Source: Dendrobates tinctorius
Taxonomy: Eukaryota
Length of the DNA stretch: 64,000 bases
NCBI RefSeq assembly: GCF_039654945.1
Contig: NW_027361810.1
Location: forward strand, 5,704,001-5,768,000
Reading direction: 5' to 3'
Part shown: positions 47,961-59,687 of the stretch, one piece after another
Numbering within the stretch: the stretch's first letter is position 1
Layout of the letters: each line of letters starts with the position of its first letter
Program-made: the position numbers and the translations under genes
Notes under the pieces: model-generated
What the model saw: the letters and a program-made list of their open reading frames with translations, nothing else
Told to the model about the DNA's origin: nothing
The model's database searches: none

Positions 47961-48163
47961 TGACGTCATGTGTAAGCGCTCAGGCCCCGCCCAGGGATGT
48001 GCCTGGTGGGCGGGGCTATGTCTGTAGAGGGGCTGCACTCTGGTCTTTGTGCAGGAGGGTTCAGCAGTCCTGGGATGGACACTGCTATATCCAGAGCTGC
48101 CTCATGTATGGGGGTCTCCCTCCCATCACCCAGGGACTAGCAGAGAAGACCCCTTGGTGCCAG
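47961..48163 (+). promoter_or_regulatory. Promoter and first exon of a plus-strand gene divergent from PECR (TMEM169 by synteny only)
   Basis: CRE TGACGTCA 47961-47968, GC boxes at ~47984 and ~48008, consensus donor CAG|GTGAGT after 48163; no matching coding exon found in the window. Confidence 0.55.
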
Positions 48164-48360
48164 GTGAGTGGCCCATCTAGTCATTCCTCAGAGATCACTG
48201 CACTGACTATTGCTCCATTAGTCGGATGAGGAATAGGAAGAGCAGCTCATGAAGTATCCGCCTCATTAATTGCTGAGGGGTTTATAGTGTGAATCTGTGG
48301 GAGGAAGAGGTGAATAGGGGCAGAGAGTGCAGAGGGGTCCGAGGGGGAGCACAGAAATGG

Positions 48361-50874
48361 GGATACAATGTATCAGTGCAGAGCCTGCCCCACAGACCAT
48401 GTAATGTGGATGATACAATGTATCAGTGCAGAGCCTGCCCCACAGACCATGTAATGTGGATGATACAATGTATCAGTGCAGAGCCTGCCCCACAGACCAT
48501 GTAATGTGGATGATACAATGTATCAGTGCAGAGCCTGCCCCACAGACCATGTCATGTGGATGATACAATGTATCAGTGCAGAGCCTGCCCCACAGACCAT
48601 GTCATGTGGATGATACAATGTATCAGTGCAGAGCCTGCCCCACAGACCATGTAATGTGGATGATACAATGTATCAGTGCAGAGCCTGCCCCACAGACCAT
48701 GTAATGTGGATGATACAATGTATCAGTGCAGAGCCTGCCCCACAGACCATGTAATGGGGATGATACAATATATCAGTGCAGAGCCTGCCCCACAGACCAT
48801 GTCATGTGGATGATACAATGTATCAGTGCAGAGCCTGCCCCACAGATCATGTAATGTGGATGATACAATATATCAGTGCAGAGCCTGCCCCACAGACCAT
48901 GTAATGTGGATGATACAATGTATCAGTGCAGAGCCTGCCCCACAGACCATGTCATGTGGATGATACAATATATCAGTGCAGAGCCTGCCCCACAGACCAT
49001 GTAATGTGGATGATACAATGTATCAGTGCAGAGCCTGCCCCACAGACCATGTAATGTGGATGATACAATATATCAGTGCAGAGCCTGCCCCACAGACCAT
49101 GTAATGTGGATGATACAATATATCAGTGCAGAGCCTGCCCCACAGATCATGTAATGTGGATGATACAATGTATCAGTGCAGAGCCTGCCCCACAGACCAT
49201 GTAATGTGGATGATACAATGTATCAGTGCAGAGCCTGCCCCACAGACCATGTAATGTGGATGATACAATGTATCAGTGCAGAGCCTGCCCCACAGATCAT
49301 GTAATGTGGATGATACAATATATCAGTGCAGAGCCTGCCCCACAGACCATGTCATGTGGATGATACAATATATCAGTGCAGAGCCTGCCCCACAGACCAT
49401 GTCATGTGGATGATACAATATATCAGTGCAGAGCCTGCCCCACAGACCATGTCATGTGGATGATACAATGTATCAGTGCAGAGCCTGCCCCACAGACCAT
49501 GTCATGTGGATGATACAATGTATCAGTGCAGAGCCTGCCCCACAGACCATGTAATGGGGATGATACAATATATCAGTGCAGAGCCTGCCCCACAGACCAT
49601 GTCATGTGGATGATACAATATATCAGTGCAGAGCCTGCCCCACAGACCATGTCATGTGGATGATACAATGTATCAGTGCAGAGCCTGCCCCACAGACCAT
49701 GTCATGTGGATGATACAATGTATCAGTGCAGAAGCCTGCCCCACAGACCATGTCATGTGGATGATACAATGTATCAGTGCAGAGCCTGCCCCACAGACCA
49801 TGTAATGTGGATGATACAATGTATCAGTGCAGAGCCTGCCCCACAGACCATGTCATGTGGATGATACAATGTATCAGTGCAGAGCCTGCCCCACAGACCA
49901 TGTAATGGGGATGATACAATGTATCAGTGCAGAGCCTGCCCCACAGACCATGTCATGTGGATGATACAATGTATTAGTGCAGAGCCTGCCCCACAGACCA
50001 TGTCATGTGGATGATACAATGTATTAGTGCAGAGCCTGCCCCACAGATCATGTAATGTGGATGATACAATGTATCAGTGCAGAGCCTGCTCCACAGACCA
50101 TGTCATGTGGATGATACAATGTATCAGTGCAGAGCCTGCCCCACAGACCATGTCATGTGGATGATACAATGTATCAGTGCAGAGCCTGCCCCACAGATCA
50201 TGTAATGTGGATGATACAATGTATCAGTGCAGAGCCTGCCCCACAGACCATGTCATGTGGATGATACAATGTATCAGTGCAGAAGCCTGCCCCACAGACC
50301 ATGTAATGTGGATGATACAATGTATCAGTGCAGAGCCTGCCCCACAGACCATGTCATGTGGATGATACAATGTATCAGTGCAGAGCCTGCCCCACAGACC
50401 ATGTCATGTGGATGATACAATGTATCAGTGCAGAGCCTGCCCCACAGACCATGTAATGGGGATGATACAATGTATCAGTGCAGAGCCTGCCCCACAGACC
50501 ATGTCATGTGGATGATACAATGTATTAGTGCAGAGCCTGCCCCACAGATCATGTAATGTGGATGATACAATGTATCAGTGCAGAGCCTGCTCCACAGACC
50601 ATGTCATGTGGATGATACAATGTATCAGTGCAGAGCCTGCCCCACAGACCATGTCATGTGGATGATACAATGTATCAGTGCAGAGCCTGCCCCACAGATC
50701 ATGTAATGTGGATGATACAATGTATCAGTGCAGAGCCTGCCCCACAGACCATGTAATGTGGATGATACAATGTATCAGTGCCGAGCCTGCCCCACAGACC
50801 ATGTAATGGGGATGATACAATGTATCAGTGCCGAGCCTGCCCCACAGACCATGTAATGTGGATACAATGTATCA
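48361..50874. repeat. 50-bp minisatellite, ~50 copies
   Basis: TGATACAATGTATCAGTGCAGAGCCTGCCCCACAGACCATGT(A/C)ATGTGGA. Confidence 0.97.
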
Positions 50875-52095
50875 CAGCTGGGTTTAAATCTGAATATTTT
50901 TACAATGAATCCGTGTTTCTTATAACGATCTTTGCTACTTGTATCTCTTTACAGTGACTCCTTTTATATATTTCATTACTCCCCAAATAATCACCAGAAT
51001 TGCAGTGAATGGAATAGGGAGTCGTCTGTTTTCCGCTGAGGTCTCAGTTCTGCCTCCAAGTGAGGGAATTTCCTATCTACTATTATATATAGCCCTACAG
51101 TCGCTCTCCCCATCCCCCCACCTTTGACCACATACATCAAATTTCCCGTATTAAGAGGTCATGGCGCCAATATTTTATTCTGTATAGGAAAGGTTGTTGG
51201 ATATTTCTTTAGCAGAAAGTCATTGTAAAAATTGTATGAAAGAATTTGTGCCTTACCTCTAATTCTCAGCCAAATTCTTAAGTGATAATGAGCCTTAAAA
51301 AATGGAATTATCCCATCTGTAGACTGGTTTTCCATTTTCTCATCACTGTGAACACAGTGTAACCCCTAATTATCCTTGATAAAATTAATGCTTCGCTTCT
51401 TAGATTGAGGATGATCACATGGCTCAGATTTGAGGCTGTAAAATCTCGCCCCTACATGTGACTAGGGTGTAGCAGGTGCATGGATTTCTGCAAGCCCTAG
51501 TTAGATAAATGAGCCAGACACACCAATGTCTGCATCAGTCCTGCACACATGACTTTAGCTCCATGAAAGAGAATCCTGGAAGTTTCTGAAGGGTCATCGT
51601 ACCGCCAAAATGGTAAAAACCATAAAGCGTGTAACTTAAAACTCGTCATACGGCCACATAACAGCGCCAATAAGTTGTCACACAGCTTACATAGGATCCT
51701 GGATCGCTAGCCTCTGGGACAAGGCAGGGTGACCGTGCAGGGATGTTATGCATGTGTGGTTCCCAACCAACCTACTCAGATGTTTCCTAACGGAATTTTC
51801 AATGTCACAGAAAAGGGCGACTGAAGTACTTTTATATTTACAGGGATTATTTTATTTAGGCAGTTTTTATCCATCTCCATAGAATGCAGCCACATGAAAC
51901 TCGACAAAGTCCATAATTTGGAGCTAAATCCATATGTAACATATTAGCTTAGATTTTATCATTTGCTTTGCAATTTCATGATGGATTTGTTATGTTTGTC
52001 ATTTGAAAACCTACATCAGAAGGTACTAGTTTTTTTTCTTTTTCCAATGGCCAATTGATTCCAGTGTATTGCATTTGCCTCAAAGCCAGCACTTA

Positions 52096-52400
52096 GGGCA
52101 TGTGCACGCGTTGCAGATTTTCTGCAGATCCGCAAGTGATTTACAGTACAATGTGAAACAATGATGAAAAAAAATTGCTGCGGAAAATTCCGCATGGAAT
52201 CCACAGCGGTTTATTTTAAGCAGCATGTCAATTCTATTTGTAGATCCGCATGCGTTCTTACACCCATTCCATTAATGAAATCTGCAGGTGTAAAAACGCA
52301 TGCCAATCCGCAAAGAATCCGCACAAAAAAATGCAGAAAATCCGATGCAGATTCCGTGCTGAAAATTCTGCAGGCAAATCTGCAACGTGTGCACATACCC
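52096..52400. mobile_element. Harbinger-type MITE
   Basis: GGGCATGTGCACGCGTTGCAGATTT ... AAATCTGCAACGTGTGCACATACCC. Confidence 0.7.
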
Positions 52401-53589
52401 AAAGGTACACACAGGAATGATCCCGTGCAGAAAAATGAACATGGAAAACCACAACCAGTCATGTACGGTAATTTTTTTTTTTTTTTTTTTGCAGGAAATG
52501 ATGCAGTTTTGGCCCATTGCATAGTGCAAAATCTGCAGTGTAATTTCTCTGCATGAGTTTATATACTGCAGATTACTTTATGTGCAGTTTTAACCGCAGT
52601 GTTAGCCACCTTCCTGCCACTATAATATGCAGGAGTTTTTCCTCCAGGAATTTCCTGATGTAAAGGCCACAGCATATCTGTCCCATGTGAACATGACCCC
52701 CAAAATCTGCAGGTGTTAATATGACCATATAACAGTAGACCTCCTCACTCGGATGCTGCAGATATTTCTTTATTTTCTTTTAATATCCTGTGTTTCAGCT
52801 AATTGTATAGGAAGGAAGGATCAGTCATTGATTTTTCCTCTGAAATCTTTCTTCCTTTGCCACATTGTGCAGCTCACACTCGCCTATTTAGCAAGTAATT
52901 GTCAAAGTAAAAAGGCCGCGGTTGCTTGGGGCTCAGATGGAGCCATTAGTAGCGCTAGGCATTTCTTTCCAACTTCCAGGCTGAAACCTGCTTTTCTGGA
53001 CATCGAGTGATATTGCTGCAGCTCCAATCCCAGAGTATTCTGAGTCTGGATACGATGGATTCAATAAAAGGCTTTTCTCCTCGTTGGACTTAGGGCTGGT
53101 TTTACATTCAATTTTAATGGCATCTTTTCTCAGCTAAAGCCCTAGAGCATAGATGTCTGAAGTCAGTGACTTATTTTCCAAAAGTGACAGCCACCTATGG
53201 CGGCCACGTGTAGGTCCGGCCATATCTCTAGACGCCTTTACCTTCTATATGGCGAGTGTTTATAGTAGTGTAATGGTGGCAAAATGTGACCACTGCGAAA
53301 CTAAGCAGCCTGGACATCCGGGGACAATCGGGGTGATTACATTTATAGTTGTCCCATCCTTCTCTAGAAAGATCTAAGAGACAGAAATAGAATGTGTCTA
53401 ACTTGTCAAAGGAAACTGGAGCGTGAAAGTACAGATGGCTTTCCTTATCTAAGGCCTCATTCAGATGTTTGTTTTTCGTTTTTTTGTTTTATTTTCAATT
53501 TGACATATAGATAAAAAGTAACAATCTTCATCAGTGTTTGATCAGCGCGTCCCTTTTTAGGCCGGGGTCACACGAGCACAGATTCTCTA

Positions 53590-55218
53590 TAGTGATGAGC
53601 AAGTATACTCGTTGCTCGGGTGTCCTCCAAGTATTTTGGTGTGCTCGGAGATTTAGTTTTTGTCATCTCTACTGCATGATTTGCGACTTGTATACCGGAT
53701 GAATACATGTGGGGATTCCCTAATTATGCAAATTGTCTCTTCAGAGAGGAAGAGGACTAGAACTCTAGTGCCACCTATTGGAAGTAGCAACCCTAAAAGT
53801 CAATGTTGACTCTTTAACGAGCCTTGTTACATGACTTAGGATAAAAGCCAAGCCTGAATCTCAATTTGCAGACACTGGACTGCCGAGGGGCAGTACCCCG
53901 AAACACAAAGTGTGAGATCTGGTTTGGCTGTGTGAGAGGTGTCTGACCGATATCCAAGAAGAATCATTTCTCCTTGCGGAGAATGACATGCTAAGCATGT
54001 CGAGGTGAGGAGACTTAAAGCCTGAAGAGCCAAACCAGGTCTCACACTTTGCACTGACGAGGGGCAGTACCCCGAAACACAGTGTCTGCAAATTGAGATT
54101 CTGGCTTGGCTTTTTTCCTAAGTCATGTAACAAGGCCTGTTAAAGGGAACCTGCTACCCCCCCCCCCCCCCCCCCCCCCAGGCGGTTTTAAGTAAAAGAG
54201 CCACCTTGTGCAGCACTAATGCTGCATTCTTTCAAGGTGGCTCTTTTATTTTGGGTCCCTTTCCCAGCTGAAATAAGCATTTTTAAAATTTGTGTGTTAT
54301 ACCTGTATTTTGACCGGGGGGAACACAGACGCCTCACATCCATCAGTCACGTCCTGCTTTTGAATTTGGCGCCGCCTCCTCAGCGCGTTTATTTCTTTTT
54401 CTCACGCCTGCGCTGTAATACGTATTCTTGGGCATGCGCAGTTAGCGCTGCCCGTCCTATGACATCACATGATGTCTTGCTTATCGCGCTTGCGTGGACA
54501 TGCGTCGGGGCGCGTCTCACGGCACTGCACACATCATATCAGGCTTACAGGTATAATCCCGTTTTTCTTTCCATTCATTGCACCCAGTTGGTTTCTATTG
54601 CTTATATTACACATATATTCATAGTGGGTTATCCACAACTGCACATTTGCACTATAGCACTTTGGAGTATGTATGTTAATATAAATTAAGTTATATATAT
54701 TTATTATTAATTTTTTATTTTTTTATTTTTTCACTTTATTGATTTGTGATTATTTACCTGGTTCATTAATCCAGCCTTATGTTATGGACATTTAAGATTT
54801 ATATAATCTAATAATTATTTTGATGTCCTATACATATATTGCTAAACTGGTTTTGCACTTTTTTTAGACTATGCACTTGTATGTTGTGCCAATATTTTAA
54901 TAAAGGCGATGTTATTTAATCTAAAGACATTTGTGTTTTATTATAAATTTTATGAGATTACATTCCATACCCTGCTGGTTTTTATTTCCACCCATCTGTG
55001 AGTTTATTGATCTATAGGTCTTTTGACTGCGGATTTACACAAATCTGCGCGGAAAATTCCGCAGCGTGTGCACACACCCTTACAAACAGGCATTCCACAC
55101 ATGTATTCATGCTGTCTAGCAGTCACAAATCATGCAGATAAGAGACGAAAACTAAATCTCCGAGCATGCCAAAATACTCTGAGGACAGGAAAAACCCGAG
55201 TATACTCGCTCATCACTA
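53590..55218. mobile_element. Non-autonomous hAT element carrying nested insertions
   Basis: TIRs TAGTGATGAGCAAGTATACTCG / CGAGTATACTCGCTCATCACTA and perfect 8-bp TSD ATTCTCTA (53582-53589, 55219-55226). Confidence 0.85.
54048..54092 (+). ncRNA. Minimal type I hammerhead ribozyme
   Basis: TTTGCA [CTGACGA] GGGG-cagta-CCCC [GAA] ACA-cag-TG[TC] TGCAAA: stems I, II and III and all core nucleotides present; GUC cleavage site after 54086. Confidence 0.8.
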
Positions 55219-55689
55219 ATTCTCTATTCCGAGAGAATCTGATTATGTAAATGACACTTAGATCAAACTCTGACCCGAGGGTCCGCTTAGTGCGATCTGA
55301 TTCTCTGATGGCAGAGAACAAGACTTCTCCATTCTGTGAGTCGGTGGAAATTGGAGTGCAGCACGATGTTTTCCATTGACTACCTGAGTGTGATCTGAAT
55401 CAGCCTGAGGAAAAAACTCTCATCAGCGCTGCCCCATAATATAACACTGGTCCGAGTGCTGTCTGGTGTATATGCTCCTGTGAGCAAACACTTACCATGA
55501 ATGATTTTTCTCGTTCACGTAAGAAAAAATTACATAGCTTCTCCTATTAACTACACTGTTAAATGCCATTTATGCGCTGTCCGGTTTTGTGTGCTGTCCA
55601 TGAGTAATGTTGTAAGTCTATGTTCACACAACTGTACTTTCTGCCCAAGTTCTGTCTGTGGGAAATACTGACCACACTTGGAAGTCTAA

Positions 55690-56451
55690 GGCTAGGTTCA
55701 CATTAGCGTTTGTGTGCGCAGCATATCGTCTGCATGCGCAAACACATGTCAAAACGCATGTATACGCCGTGCTTTTTACCTGCATCAGCTTACGCATGAC
55801 GACAAAAAAATGCTTCGTTTGCATGCATTTTTGCATGAGTTTGCGTTTTTTAAGCGCATGCGTTTGGACAATTTCCTTCACATAAGCCACACCCAATGTG
55901 CGTGTCTCATTTACCGGACAAGATTGTGAAAAACGCATGCGTTCCCATAGACAGTAATGCGTTTATTAGACGGATTTTTGCCGCTTCCGAAAATCCAACA
56001 TGATGCGTTCGCCGGACCCTGCCGCACACCGAAAAACACGTGAACTGATACAAACACATGCCCCTGCGTACACCATGTTAAAGATAGGGAAACGTGACGC
56101 ATATGGATTGCTGGAGATGAAACGCTGCGCCGTAGGCTGTGTGCACACGTTGCGGATTCTGCTGCGGATCTGCAGCGTTTCAGGCTCTGCATGTCCGCAG
56201 CAGACTAGGTGCGTTGCACAGTACCATTGTTTTCAATGGTAAACTGAAAAACGCTGTGCACATGCTGCAGATTTTTCCACGCGGATTTGCTGCGGGTTCA
56301 CAATTCTTTGTACGGAATCCGCAGCAGTTTCCCACCTTCTCCATTGTAGAGGTGTGAAACAGCAGGTCTTTTGACCTGTGGATTTACCTGCAGATTTTTC
56401 CAAATGCACGCGGAAAAATCCGCAGCACCTACAACTACTGTGCACATAGCC
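55690..56451. mobile_element. Two adjacent or nested Harbinger-type MITEs
   Basis: TAA|GGCTAGGTTCACA at 55690; GGCTGTGTGCACAC (56135) ... TGTGCACATAGCC|TTA (56451). Confidence 0.65.
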
Positions 56452-56785
56452 TTAGGGTGCACACAAAAAAATGGATCCCATGTGAATAGTGACGACTTTG
56501 TGGGTACATGTAAGGCCATGTGCACACGCTTGCGGATTCACCTGTGTATTTTTTCGCGCGGATTTGCAGGTAAAACCGCAGGTAAAGTGACCTGCTGTTT
56601 TCCTGCGGATTTGCCTGCGGTTTGACACCTGGACAATGGAACAGGTGCCAAACTGCTGCGGAATCCGCAGAAAGAATTTAAAACCACAGCAAAAACCGTG
56701 TGGGAAAAATCCGCAGCGTGGGCACAGCGGTTTTGAAATCCCATTGGCTAACATTGTATTGTACCATGTCTGCGGAACTGCTGCG

Positions 56786-59687
56786 CAGGGCTGTGGAGTC
56801 GGAGTTAGTTTTGGTTGGAGTCGGTAGAAATGTACCGACTCCGACTCCAGCTTTAAAAAAAATGTATTAATATTTCATAATTGAACTTTCATATGAATTT
56901 TATAAATGTTACTCAAATATATATGTTCTATCAAACTATGAACAACAGTGATAAGCAGTTCTGCTGGAGATAGAGACATTTCTTACTTCTTGTGTGTCAC
57001 TGTTCTCCACTGCCCTTATCTAATCTTATACTTGGTTAACCTCATGCTGCCCCAACCCCCCTACTTACAATGTATGAAACTGAAAGTGAAAATGTGTTGC
57101 AAATTCTTAGTAGTAAAGCTCCTCCTCTAGACTAGATCATACTAGGTGTGCGTCTTCCAAGCATCTCACAGCTGCCTGCTACTCAGAAGAGGAAGACTGT
57201 AAGAAGTATTATCCTTTCAACAAACTTTGCATCAGTTAACTGTGAGTACATGAGGAATAATAACAGTATTACTGACCACTATATCAGTTGTACGACCTGG
57301 CAATAATTTTGTACAATTGTTTTTAGGAAAAACAATTGTCATTTGGATTGTGAATGCAGAATTAAAAACCTGAGAATGTCAAAGAAGCATCACATTAAAT
57401 CAGCTGTATTTGAACATTTCACCATCACTCAAGATAGAAAAAATTATGTCTGTCAGTGTATGACAAATGATCCAGACGAAAACAAATGCTGTGAAGCCAA
57501 GATGAGTGCATATTCAGGCAAAGATAAAAATGCTCCTACCAGAGCTTCTAATCTAAAGAGACATTTACAGCGCTTTCATCCAGAAGTACTGAAAGCAGTG
57601 GATGAGAAAGACTGCATCCAAACCAGTGAACCAGTGTCCAGCTCTTCCAGCCAAACAAAGGAGCAGAGAACTTTGCAGCCATCAGTTGCAAGATATTTTG
57701 TCAGTGACAAAGTTACTGTGACAATGACAGTAGATACATTTAAAAAACAGATCATAGAGCTTGTTGTAAAGGATAGTGTGCCTATTTCATTATTTTCACA
57801 ACCAGCTTTTATGTGTCTGAATGGGGAAATGGCCCGCAAGCTTGGTGTTTCTCTGGAGAGAGAGAGTATTAGAAAATTAGTAATAGAAGAAGCTTTTAAA
57901 CAAAAGGAAGAACTTAAAAAAACTCTCAAGGGACGCTTTCTGTTTCTTAAAATGGATGCCTGCACACGTCACAGAGTGAACTATTTTGCCATCAATGTCC
58001 GATTTGTTTGTGACAAAAATGAAATAGTTACCAAGACATTGGCAGTAAAAGACACCAAAGCTCATCACACCAGTGAGTTTCTCCAGGTCTTGGTGGAAAA
58101 GGTTCTGCAAGACTATGAACTTAAAAAAGAGCAAGTTCTTTCTGTCGTAACTGACAATGCTTCAAATATGATAAGTACTATTAAGCTAATGAATGAGAGT
58201 AATGATGGTGACCAGCAGCTAGAAGAACATTCTGGGTCCACAGACACAGAAATGTTTGAAATAGAGGAACACAGTATTGTAACTGAGGAGCAAACTGAAG
58301 TTTCTTCAGATGAACAGCAACATGATAGTTTAGATGATCTTGTTGAAACTGTGTCGATATGTTCTTTCATTCATCACATGCGCTGTGTTGTACATACGCT
58401 ACAGCTGGCTATAAGAGACAGTCTGCAAGAAGGACATGCTGCTGCACTGATTGGCAAGGTGAGAAAATTGGCTACTGTTGCAAGAACCCCTAAAGTTGAC
58501 TCAATTTTGAAGAGACGTGCTGGAAAAGGGGCAATTATTGATCAAGCCACACGATGGGGCAGTACTTACTTAATGATTCAGCGCTTGGTTGAACTGAAAA
58601 CCTTTCTTGTAGACATGGCTAACCCTCAACTGACGCTAAATGAAAGTCAGTGGAATCAGGTGACTGAGCTGGAAAAATTGCTAGAGCACCCATTTACAGT
58701 GACTAAAAAATTACAAGCAGAGGACTTAGCTCCAGGTATTTTCTTAAAGGAGTGGAAGAACCTGATGTTTCGCCTGTCCCAAAGAGGAGGGTTAATTGCA
58801 AGTGGCATTGCTACATCAATGAAACAGAGAGAGGAGCTACTATTACAAAATAACATTCATTTGGCAGCTGTTTATGTAGACCCAATGCATCGGATTCTTC
58901 TACATGATCAACAGCTAAGTAAAGGAAAAGAAGCTCTGTTTGAAATAGCAGTAAGGATGAAAGGGTTGCAGAACAGTCAGGAGGAACAAGAAGAATTTGG
59001 TCGTCCTGCCACATCTTCACCCTCATCATCAACTGATGAAGAATTTAATTTCGAAAAATATTTGGATCACAAGGACCGTGCAAAGCGTTCCCGCATAGAA
59101 GAAGAGTCATCCCCATCAAGGAACACAGCCAGTACATTTCAGCAGAATTTTTCATGTGCACTAAAAGAAATTGAGAAATTTGACCGTTCATCAAAAATAA
59201 CAGTGCAACAAGCGATTCCTCTGTATCCTGACATTGTCAGAGATGTTGCCCGAGTGGTTACTGCTTTGCCACCAACACAAGTTAGTGTAGAGAGGTTGTT
59301 CTCTGCTCTCAAAATAATTAGATCAGATTTGAGGGCATCCGTGAAGGAGGATCTGACAGAGGCAATACTTTTTCTGAGGACAAATTTATGATTTCTTCTT
59401 ATTAACTGCATAAAAGTGTTTATTGCATATTTACTTACAGTTTAGAAAAGTTTATAAAAGTCATTTGCTATATTCTAATTGTATTCTAATAAATGTAGTT
59501 TTTGCTCTAAGTGGTCTGATTACTTATATGATGGTGAGAAACTGAATAAGCACGATGTTTAATATTTTACAACAGTAAATTTGTTGTTATGAATTGGCCA
59601 TTTATGAAGGAGTCGGAGTCTGAGTCGGAGCCTGATAAAATCCAGGAGTCGGAGTCGCAACTGTGGCTTACCGACTCCACAGCCCTG
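56786..59687 (+). mobile_element. Autonomous-looking hAT DNA transposon, 2902 bp
   Basis: Perfect 17-bp TIRs CAGGGCTGTGGAGTCGG / CCGACTCCACAGCCCTG, subterminal GGAGTC repeats at both ends, imperfect 8-bp TSD CTGCTGCG / TTTCTGCG, AATAAA at 59488. Confidence 0.93.
57376..59391 (+). CDS. hAT transposase with BED zinc finger, 671 aa from first ATG
   Basis: BED finger (AVFEHF..CQC..C..SNLKRHLQRFH), D1 in LKMDACT, D2 in VTDNASNM, CxxH (RCVVH), TRWGS, catalytic E in QVSVERLFS. Confidence 0.92.
   Translation: MSKKHHIKSAVFEHFTITQDRKNYVCQCMTNDPDENKCCEAKMSAYSGKDKNAPTRASNLKRHLQRFHPEVLKAVDEKDCIQTSEPVSSSSSQTKEQRTLQPSVARYFVSDKVTVTMTVDTFKKQIIELVVKDSVPISLFSQPAFMCLNGEMARKLGVSLERESIRKLVIEEAFKQKEELKKTLKGRFLFLKMDACTRHRVNYFAINVRFVCDKNEIVTKTLAVKDTKAHHTSEFLQVLVEKVLQDYELKKEQVLSVVTDNASNMISTIKLMNESNDGDQQLEEHSGSTDTEMFEIEEHSIVTEEQTEVSSDEQQHDSLDDLVETVSICSFIHHMRCVVHTLQLAIRDSLQEGHAAALIGKVRKLATVARTPKVDSILKRRAGKGAIIDQATRWGSTYLMIQRLVELKTFLVDMANPQLTLNESQWNQVTELEKLLEHPFTVTKKLQAEDLAPGIFLKEWKNLMFRLSQRGGLIASGIATSMKQREELLLQNNIHLAAVYVDPMHRILLHDQQLSKGKEALFEIAVRMKGLQNSQEEQEEFGRPATSSPSSSTDEEFNFEKYLDHKDRAKRSRIEEESSPSRNTASTFQQNFSCALKEIEKFDRSSKITVQQAIPLYPDIVRDVARVVTALPPTQVSVERLFSALKIIRSDLRASVKEDLTEAILFLRTNL

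Noticed and set aside
53878-53912. Second active hammerhead
   Set aside because: Core reads CUGCCGA instead of CUGANGA, the cleavage position would be G, and stem I is not convincing.
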